DNA of 40,189 nucleotides, taken from contig MFPR01000038.1 in NCBI GenBank assembly GCA_001784175.1, positions 1 through 40,189 of the forward strand. The letters run 5' to 3'. The notes beneath the pieces are model-generated. The model searched no databases. It was not told where the DNA came from and was given only the letters and a program-made list of their open reading frames with translations. Within the stretch, counting starts at the first letter, position 1, and every line of letters begins with the position of its first letter. Position numbers and translations under genes: made by a program. Shown one piece after another: positions 1 to 10,500 of this stretch. The stretch comes from Candidatus Lindowbacteria bacterium RIFCSPLOWO2_12_FULL_62_27 (GTDB lineage: Bacteria > Lindowbacteria > 2-12-FULL-62-27).

Positions 1-1554
1 ATCGTCCACGCCGCCCAGCCAGAAATGCACCTTGCCGCTTCGCGTCACCGACCCCAACGGCAGCGTCGCTTCGATCGGCCACGTCCCGTTGCCTGCGTTC
101 TTCTCGCTCATCGCGGCGCTGCCCGTGATCGGGCCGTTCCAGTACAGCGTCACGGTGCCGCTGCCGTCGATGCCTGCGCCCGAGTCGAACAAATACCCGA
201 ATACCCGCGTGTCCGCCGGGTCCACCAGCCATCCGCTCTGCGCCGACGTGTCCCCCAGCGCCGACAGCCTCGGATGCGTCGTGTCGTACCGGACGGTGAT
301 CGTGTCCTCGGCGCGCGAGTAGTAGCCGCCGAGAACAAAAAGCCGGGCCACGACCGACTCGCCGCCCACGTCCTGCAGGCTGACGCCGGTCGCGCTCCAG
401 ACGCCCGCGCCCGAATGGGTCGCCGTCAACGAGTCGGCGCCGTTCACCGTCACGAGCACCGTGTCGCTCGCCGAGCCGGACGACGTGCCGCGCAGGGTGA
501 AACTCGCCGCCGTCGTCTCGTGGTCGTCCGCCGGAAGCGAAATCGCGATCGTTTCGCCCGCAACCACGGTGACGGTGGCCGAATCGGTCTTCGACAAATA
601 CGGCGACAGCGCGCTGCTCAGGCTGTCGTTGTTCACGTCGTCCCGGGCGCCGATCCAGAAGTGGACTTTGCCGGTCTTGGCGACCGCCGACAACGGCACG
701 GTTTCCTCCACCCGCCACGCGCCGCCGCTGGAGTCGTACTCGCTCATCAGCGCGGAACCGGCCACGGCGCCGTTGTAGTAGAGCGTCACGGTGCCGCCTC
801 CGTCAAAGCCGGAACCGGTGTCCGTCAGGAGCAAAAATACCCGCGTGTCCGCGGCGTTCACCACATGGCCATGCCGAAGCGACGTCTCGCCGTACTCGGA
901 GATTCTCGGATGCGTCGTGTCATACACAATGTTCGTCAGCGTGTCGCTCGTCCGAAGCGTTCCCAGAATGAAAAGGCGGGACACCAGCACTTGGGCGCCC
1001 TTGTCCCGCAGCGGGATGCCGGACACGGACCACAAGCCGGCGCTCGTGTGCGTGTTGGTCGCCGTGTCACCGCCGTCGATCCAGATCTGGACCGTGTCGG
1101 CCGCGCCGCCGTTGGAGTTTCCGGTCACGGTGATCGTGGCCACGCGGGTCTCGTGATTTTCAGCGGGAATGACAATGACGATGCTGTCGGTGACGTCGAC
1201 CTGGAGGGTGGCCGAATCCTCAAACGTCACGTACGGGGACAGGCTGCTGCTGTAACTGTCGTTGTTGACGTCGTCCGTGATCCCGAACCAGAAATGCGCC
1301 TTGCCGGAGTCCGACACCGACCCCAGGGGCAGCGTGGCCTCGAACGTCCACGTGCCCGACGCGTTGTCTTTCTTGCTCATGAGAACGCTGCCGGTCAATA
1401 CGCCGTTGTAGTACAGCGTCGCTGTCCCGGTGCCGTCAAAGCCCACGCCGGTGTCGTAGACGTAAATGAAAACTCGCGCGTCGACGTTCCCCCGCGTGTC
1501 GCCGTGCTGCACCGACGTGTCCGCGAATTTCGTCAGGCGCGGATTCACGGTGTC
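1..1554 (-). repeat. About 2.4 copies of a ~213-aa bipartite coding repeat (PR...DTRVF...DTG.GFDG.GT.TL...LPLG...HFW module plus an Ig-like module); another copy of the first module lies at ~5080-5420
   Basis: Equivalent GTGCCG segments at ~155, ~791 and ~1430 give a 636-639-nt period; the translations align by eye. Confidence 0.8.
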
Positions 1555-4500
1555 GACGACGAACGCCCCGAGGGCGGCGTAGGGGCCGCCGTTGCCCAGA
1601 TCATCGATCGCGCGAATGCGCCAGTAGAAGGAATCGCTCGAAAGGCCGGTCAGCGTGTCCGTCGTCTGCGAGCCGTCGATCGTGTCGGTGAATACCGGGC
1701 CCGTGAACGCGGCGGTTCGCGCAACTTCGACGGCGTAGGAATCCACGCCCACGCTGTCCGTTACGGCGCTCCACGTCGCCACCACGCGGCCGACGTTCGT
1801 CTCGTGGTTGGCCACGGGCGTGCTCAACTGAACCTGGTTGACGATCGTGTCGGTAATAAATCCGCGCGTCGACGAAAAGACCCCTCCATTGCCCAGATCG
1901 TCCAAAGCCCGGACGCGCCAATAGTACGTATCGTTATAGAGCCCCGTGGCCGTGTCGTTCGTCCACGTGCCCTCCACGGTGTCGGTGAAGGCGAACGACG
2001 TAAACGCCGTGGTCTTCGAGATCTCCACTGCGTAGGAATCCACGCCCACGCTGTCCGCGGTCGCCGCCCAGCTCACCACCACGTTGTTGGCCGTCGTCTC
2101 GTGGCCGTCCGCCGGCTGGCTCAGGACCGTCTGGTTCACGATCGTGTCGGTCACGAATCCCCGCGTGTCGGAATACGGGCCGCCGTTGCCCAGATCGTCC
2201 ACCGCCCGCACCCGCCAAAAGTACGTGTCGTTGTACAGCCCCGTCACGGTGTCGCTCGCCTGGCCGCCGTCGATTGTGTCGGTGAAGGCGATCGCCGTGA
2301 ACGCGGTCGTTTTCGACACCTCCACCGCGTACGAATCCACGCCGACGCTGTCGATCACCGCCGTCCAGCTCACGAGAATGTCGATCGCCGTTGTCTCGTG
2401 GCCGGTCGCCGGCTGCGACAGCGACGACTGGTTTACGATCGTGTCCGTCACAAACCCTCGCGTCGCCGAATACGCGCCGCCGTTCGCCAGATCATCCACC
2501 GCCCGCACCCGCCAGTAGTACGTGTCGTTGTACAACCCCGTCACCGTGTCGCTCGTCTGCGTGCCTTCGATCGTGTCGGCGAAGGCCATTGACGTGAACG
2601 CCGTGAGCTTCGAGACCTCCACCGCGTAGGAATCCACGCCCACGCTGTCGGCATTGGCGGTCCAGCTCACGAGAATGTTGATCACGCTCGTCTCGTGGCC
2701 GTCCGACGGCTGGCTCAAACTCACCTGGTTGACGATCGTGTCGGTGATGAACCCACGCGTGTCCGAGTACGGGCCGCCGTTGCCCAGATCGTCAATGGCG
2801 CGCACGCGCCAGTAGTACGTGTCGTTGTAAAGGCCCGTCGCGGTGTCGCTCGTCCGCGTGCCCTCCACGGTGTCCGTGAACGCCAGCGCCGTGAACCCCG
2901 TATTCTTCGACACCTCCACCGCGTAGGAATCCACGCCGACGCTGTCGCTGACCGCCGCCCAGCTCGCTACCACATTGTTGACGGTCGTTTCGTGCGCGTC
3001 CGCCGGCTGGCTCAGACTCACCTGGTTGACGATCGTGTCCGTCACAAATCCGCGCGTGTCGGAATACGGGCCGCCGTTGCCCAGATCGTCGATCACGCGG
3101 AGGCGCCAGTAGTACGTGTCGTTGTACAGGCCCGTCACCGTGTCGCTCGCCTGGCCGCCGTCGATGGTGTCGGTGAAGGCCATGGCCGTGAACGCGGTTG
3201 TCTTCGATACCTCCACCGCGTATGAATCCACGCCCACGCTGTCGCTGACGGCCGTCCAGCTCACCAGGAAATCGATCACGCTCGTCTCGTGGCCGGCCGC
3301 AGGCTGCGACAGCGCCGCCTGGTTCACAATCGTGTCCGTCACGAACCCCCGCGTCGCCGAATACGGCCCGCCGTTCGCCAGGTCGTCGACCGCGCGCACG
3401 CGCCAGTAGTACGTGTCGTTGTACAGGCTCGTCGCCGTGTCGTTCGTCCGCGTGCCGTCCACAGTGTCGGTGAAGGCCATCGACGTGAAGCCCGTATTTT
3501 TGGAAACCTCCAACGCGTAGCTGTCCACGCCCACGCTGTCCGCGTTCGGCGTCCAGCCCAGCACAATGCCGGTGGCGGTCGTCTCGTGCCCGTCCGCGGG
3601 CAGCGACTGCGTCACCTGGTTCACGATCGTGTCCGTCACAAACCCTCGCGTCGCCGAATAGGCGCCGTAATTCGCCAGGTCATCGATCGCGCGCACGCGC
3701 CAGTAATACGTGTCGTTGTACAGCCCCGTGATCGTGTCGCTCGTCCGCGTGCCATCCACAGTATCGGTGAACGCCATCGCCGTGAACGCCGTGTTCTTCG
3801 AGACCTCCAACGCGTATGAATCCACGCCCACGCTGTCGACCACCGCCGTCCAGCTCGCCACGATATCGATCACGCTCGTCTCGTGGCCGTTCGCGGGCTG
3901 CGACAGGCTCACCTGGTTGACGACGGTGTCGTAGACGAGACCCTTGATGGCCATCGTCTCGTATTTGTTGTAGGTCGGATACTGGTTCGCCGCGCGCGCG
4001 ATGACCCGCCAGTAGTAGGTGTCCGGATCGGGCAGGTTCTTCTTCAGCGTCGCGACCTTCGTGTCAACCGCGCTGTCCACGATCGTCGTGAAGGCGGCGG
4101 TCTTCGAAAGCTGCCACGTGAACGTGTCCGCGCCCGAGGCCTTCCACGTGAACGTCATCTGCCTCGACGTCGTTTCGAACCCGTCCGACGGCGACACTGC
4201 CTTGACCACCAGCGGCGCGGCGGTCCAGCGCGACATCTTCAGGTAGGATATGGTCAGCGTTTCGCCCAAAGCGTCGGTCGAAAACGTCACGCTGACGGTC
4301 TTGGTGCCGTTGTCGGAAATGTTGTAGATCATCGAGTCCGGCGAAGTCGTGATCCCGTTCGTCAGGCTCAGGACGATCGTCTCCCCAAGATCGCCGAAAT
4401 CGGCCACCAGATAGCCGTTCGGGTCCCGCACCGCTACCGTCACGCTCGCCGTGTCCAGTCGCGCCCCCGTGTCCGGGCCGGTCGAATTGAAGATGAACTC

Positions 4501-7500
4501 CATCGCGCTGTTCGTCGGGCCCGTGTCCACATCGCCCGTACGGTTCGTGTTGCCGGGCGTTGGCCACGCGAACATGTCGTCCCCCGTGCGCAGGTTCGGC
4601 GTCGGCCAGCCGTCCAGAAGACGCGCCCAGCTCCGGTTCGCGCCCGAGTCGTCCTCCGACCGGTTGTAATCCTGAAACACGATCACCTGGCTGTTCTTGT
4701 TCAATATCCGTACCCGGTCCTCCTCCAGGGTCTGGTTCCCGCCCTCCGAATTGTCGAGCGCCGACCACGTCCCGCTCATCGTGAACGTGTCCCGGACCGT
4801 GCCGTCCACGTTGTACCGGTAGGCCGCCAGGCTCTGGTACACGGTCACGATCATCCGCGGACCGAGCGTCGTCCCGATCGGAAAGGAACAGCCGACGCCC
4901 GCGGCGCCGCCGTCGTCGTCGATCATCCACTGCGAGATGTCCACGGTGTCCGATTCGTAGGCGTTGATCAGCTCGACAAACTGGTCGTTGCCGCCCGCGT
5001 TGCCGTCGTTGTTCCAGTCGGTCGTGCCGTCGTTGATGAGAAACTCGTTGATCGTGACCGTGTTCACGAAAACCGTGATGACGGCCGGGTCACTCGTGAG
5101 ATACGTGGGTGAGAGCGCGCTCGTCAGGCTGCCGTTGCCGTTGTCGTCCTGCGCGATTACCCAGAACGTGACCTGGCCGGTCGTCGTCAGCGTGCCCAGC
5201 GGAAGAATCCCCTCGGCCGCCCACGTGTCCGTGCCCACCTTCGAAAGCGTCATGTTCGCCTCGCTGCTGAAGGCGCCGCTCCACTTCAGGACCGCCGTGC
5301 CCGTGCCGTCAAAGCCGGAACCGGTGTCGTATAAATAAATGAGGACGTACGTGTCCTCGTTCACCACCGACTGGCCGTTCGACAGGGACGAGTCGGCGAT
5401 CTTCGTGATTCTCGGCGAAAGGATGTCCAGAACGATCGTCCGCGAGGCCGAGTTGGCGCCGATGTTGCCCAGGTTGTCGATCCCCCGCACCCGCCAGGCG
5501 TAGGAGTCGCTCGACAGGCCCGTCACCGTGTCGTTCGTCCGCGTGCTGTTGACGGTGTCGGCGAAGACCGTCGTCGAAAAGAACGTCGATCTCGCCAGCT
5601 CCAGCACGTACGAGTCCACGCCGCTTGAGTCCGGGACCGCCGTCCATTCGAGGACCGGGCTCATGTTCGTCGTCTCGTGAAGGTCGGCCGGGGCCGAGAG
5701 CGTCACCTGATTGACGTCCGTGTCGATCAGGAACCCCCACGTGTCGGACGAGGCGCCGAAATTGCCCAGATAGTCGATCGCGCGGACTCGCCAGTAATAC
5801 GTGTCGTTGTACAGGCCGCTCAGCGTGTCGCTCGTCTGGCCGCCGTCGATGGTGTCGGCGAAAATGATCGACGAAAACCCCGTCGTCTTGGAAACCTCCA
5901 CCGCGTACGAGTCGACCTGCGGGCTGTCGTCGTCCGGACGCCACCGGACCAACAGCGTCACGTTTGTGGTTTCGTGGCCGTCCCGCGGCTGCGCCGGATT
6001 GCTCAGCGCGACGAACTTGATCAGCGCGGTGTCGACGTTCGTGTCCGACGCGGAACTCTGGTCCGTGTAGGTCACGTGCAACGTGTCGTGCTTGCGGACT
6101 TCCAATAGACCGTTCAGGGGCGTCGGCGAGATGAACGTGTCCGTAAAATTCAGCGCCACGCTCCGGAACACGCCCGAGGCGGCGCCGCTTTCCGTCAGCA
6201 CCCGCGTCTCCGTGTCACGCACGAGGCCCGACGTGTCGGACACGTAGATCGTGACGGTCACGGTGTCCAGCGCGCGCGGGTCCTTGTTCTCGTCTGTGTC
6301 GATCACCTGGATGTACACCGAATCCGACCGCGCCATGAACGTGTCCGTGAGGTCCACGCCCGAGTCCTTGTCGAACAGGCCGATCTCCGCGCCGATCGAC
6401 GTGTCTCCGATGCTCGCCGAATCCTCGGCCACGTCCGGGGCGTCGTATACGTCGATGTACCGCACCACGACCGAGTCGTTGATGCCCGTCAAAAGCGTCC
6501 GGTTGTTCGCGCCGTTGCCCAGATAGTTCGAGGTCGGCAGCGAGTCCGACCGGAACACGATCGAGACGTCGCCGGTGGCGGTCAGGACCAGCGTTTCGGT
6601 GTCGCCGACGCCGTAGTTGTACACCGTGACCGTCACGGTCTCGACGAAATTCGTCGGGCGGCGGTTGGCGTTGGCGTCTGAGACTTCGATGTAGAGACTG
6701 TCGAACAGCGTGTAGACCGACACGTCGGCGCCAGCGCTCGTGATGAACCGCGTCACGCCCGATTCCCAGATGACGGGCGTCGTGTCGAAGCCTGAGTCCG
6801 TCGGGTCGTCCGGATCGTAGTAGAAGGCGCGCAGCGTGTCGCCCTTCGTGACCCACAACGCGCCGTTGCCCACGGCCTGGCCGAAGGCCGTGTCCGTCGT
6901 CACCCACAGAGTCGCGTCGAAAATGCCGGCGGTCGCGCTGATCTCCGTCACGAGAAACGTCTCCGAGTCGCCCCCCAGCGCGCTCTCCACATGGATCGAC
7001 AACGTGTCGGCGTAGGTGTCGGCCTTGTTCTGGTCCAGGTCCTGCACCCGGATGTACAGATATTGCCGGCCGGCCGGAAAGGTGTCGAGCGTCGTGCTGT
7101 CCGGCGCCACCATCGTGATCTGGCCGTCGTCGATCAGAGAAATGTTGGCGCTGTCCTGGCTGTTGAGGGTCGAGGTGAAGGGGTCGGTGTAGTAGACGGT
7201 GATGATGTCGTTGGCCGCGACGAACAGCTTGCCGCTGTTGCCCGTCGAGTCGTTCGTGTTCGTGCTGCTCGGCAGAGGATTGATGTTCGTGCGGAAAATC
7301 AGGCTGCTGTCCGTCGTCTCCGTCAGCTCCCATCGCTCCGTGTCCTTGCGCTGGTAGCCGTACACGATCACCGACACCGTGTCCCGACGGCGGAAATCGA
7401 CGTTCGCGCTCATGTGCTCCACCTGCAGATAAATCGACGCGCCCGTCGTGTAGGTGTCGGTGTTGTCGAAGGCCGCGCTCTTGAAGAGAACCACCGGAGT

Positions 7501-10500
7501 CGTGTCGTGAATGTGCAGCGTGTCCTGCACGGTGGTCTGCCCGCCGGAGCCGGGGAAGGAATCGCCGTAGAAGACCGTCAGCGAGTCGCCCCACGTGCCC
7601 TGGATATGGTAATTGCCCGCCACCGGGCCCGTGTTGCCCTTCGTCAGCAGGACCGGCAGGCCCCGCCCGATGAAGATGCCCGCGGTCTCGCCCTCCTCCG
7701 TCAGCGTGAAGACCTCGCTGTCCTGCGTCTGCACGTTCAGCACACGCACCGCCACCGTGTCCAGACGGTTCGGATGAAGGTTCGCGTCCGTGTCGATCAC
7801 CTCGATCCACACGCCGCCGCTGTCGCCCAGCCATACGCTGTCCGCGTCCTCGCGGCCCGACAGGTCCCGCACCCACCGCGCGCTGCCGGTCGTCGGCAGG
7901 CGGTTGCCCAGCGCCGTGTCGGACGCTACGTCCGACGGCGCGTTGTGGTCCTGATACGACACGCGGATCACGTCCGTGCCGCCCACGGTCAGCGTTCCGT
8001 CCGCAAGCGCCGCCACGATCCGGTCCGAAAGCGGGAGTCCGGCGCTCCGGAAAATGCCCGTCGTCTCGCCGCTCTCCGTCAGAATCACCGTCTCCGTGTC
8101 GAACTCCAGCGTGCCCTGATCGTCCACGGCCGCCACGGTCACCGAGATCGTGTCCTTCGACTGCGGGTTCCAGTTCTCGTCCGTGTCGCTCACTTCGATG
8201 TAGGCGCTGTCCGAACGCGTGTAGTACGTGTCGGTCACGCCGGTGTAATCGGACTCCCAGTAAAACCGCACCGTGCCGCCCGTCGTGATCTCCACCGCCA
8301 CCGCCGTGTCGATCGACGTGTCGGTCGAGTTCGGGTCCACGTCGTCGTAGCGCACAAACAGCGTGTCCGTCCGGCCCCAGCTCAGGCGGCCGTCGCCGAC
8401 CGAGGGATACTCGGTGTCCGTCAGCGTGATCGCGACGCTCCGAAACTCCCCGCTCGTGTCCGTCGACTCCGTCAGCGTGTAGCTCTCCGTGTCCAGCACC
8501 AACCCTTGCGCTCCGCCGCCCAGGGGAACGTTGCCGGTTCGGACGACGACCACCATCGTGTCTTTCTGGAACGGATCGCGGTTTTCGTCCGTGTCAAAGA
8601 CCGCAATGTACATGAGATCGCGCGTCTGAAAGGTGTCGACGTCGTCGATGAACGAGGCGTCCTCGTACAAAACTACCCCGGACGCCTCCTGACGGTTATA
8701 GACCGTCGCCGAGTCCTGCGACGTGTCACTGCCGTCGCCGCCGATGTTGTCCCACAGATCGTTGTAGATCACCGTGATTGAGTCCTTGTGGCCCACGAGC
8801 AATATCCGGTCGGCGAAACTCGACGGAATGGGACCCGTGTTCGAAAAAACGATCGGCAGGCCCGGCGCCGTGAAAATGCCCGAGGCGGCGGCGTTTTCCG
8901 TCAGCACGTACGTCAGGCTGTCGCCTGTTTCGGCGTTGCGCACCGTTACGCGGATCGTGTCGGCCGCGGAAAAATCGACGTTCGCGTCGGGATCGGTCAC
9001 CTGAAGATGCCCGGAATCGATGACGGTCGTGTACGTGTCCGCATTCGCCGTGGCCGCGCCGTTTCGCCACTGAACGTCCGACGAAGGGAAATGCACGATC
9101 ATGCTGTCGCTCCATACCGTGTCGCCGTACGGGTCGGTCGCGTCCACGTACTGGAAGAAAACGCTGTCGCCCTCCTTGACGTACAAAAGCCCGTTGTTCT
9201 CCCCGCCCCCGATCGCTTCGCTGGCCGTCAGCGGAAGGCCCGTTCCGGTGTCACGGAACGGGATCGAAAACCCGGTCAGGCCCGTCGCGATCTCCGTCAG
9301 CGTCCACGTCTCCGTGTCGCCGCCCAGCTTCGAGTAGACCGTCACCGTCACATTGTCCTGCGTGCCCGCGGCGGCGTTCTGGTCCGTGTCGTGCACCTGC
9401 AAATACAGGCGCGTGCCGGCGTAAACGGTCGTCGTGTCGCCGCCCGACACCGAGATCACGCGGGCCTTGGCGTGCGTCTGAATATATAGGTAGGCGTAGC
9501 CCGTACAAAATGCGTCCTTGTACTGGATCACGTGCTGCGAACTGTCCGTGACCGCGTACGTCCATGTGTCCCCCAGGGCGGACTGCGTGTACAGCCCGAT
9601 CACCGACGAGCAAACGCCGCCGACGAAGAATGCCTCGGACCGCCGCGACCCCCGAGACCCGCTCGTGTCCCGCAGGTCGCCGCTCTGGTAGAAGAAGGAG
9701 TTCGTGTCGTTCAAAAGTACATTTGAAAACGCAAAGGGGCCGAACGTGTCGGCCGAATAATCCTGGACGACCGTGTCGAACCCCTCCCACGGGTCGAAAA
9801 ACCACAGGTCCTGCTCCGACGACACCACATACCGGCCCACCGCCGTCACCGCCACCGTGAAGGTGTCGTTCATGTACACGGTTTTGACGAGGGGCGCCAC
9901 GTGAAAGATCATCCGCTCATGCGGCGAAGACGTCGTGTGCGGCCGGCTGTCGCTCACGGCGCCGCCGGTGTCGATCTCGAAATTGCCGGCGTCCGTGTCC
10001 GCATTGATGCCCGCGCCCGCGCGCCAGGTCGTACTCCGCCGGCGGCCCGGCAAACGGATCACGACGCTCCGAGACGACAGCGCTTGCCGCAGAATACCCG
10101 TGCCGTACGTGCTCTGGATCGCGATCTCGTCCATGTCAATCGTGACGTCGTTCACCCACTCAAGCTGCAGGCGCTGGGAGGTGCCGATCGCGTTGTTGAT
10201 CAACAACTCGTCGGCCGCATCGAAAACGCCGTCCCGGGTGGCGGCCAAGTCCCCGTCGCCGCCGGTGATGCCGGTGGTCTTGCCGTATTCGTTTGTTTGC
10301 ACTGTGTTCGCGTCCGCCACATCGCTGTCATGCACCAAATACCAGCCAAACGGTGGAATCACGTCAACACCGCCGGCGTCCAAGTCCGGATCCTCGCCGA
10401 CGCCCACCTGGCCCCCGGTGCCGTTCACTTCCAACTGCATCCCAGTCAAATCCACCGTGTCCTTCGTCGGATTGTAGATCTCAATATATTGCCCGTCCGC

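Noticed and set aside
1555-3930. Regularly spaced repeats as a CRISPR array or diversity-generating retroelement repeats
   Set aside because: The period is 297 nt of coding sequence with no repeat-spacer structure, there are no cas or reverse transcriptase genes, and I saw no adenine-specific mismatch pattern.
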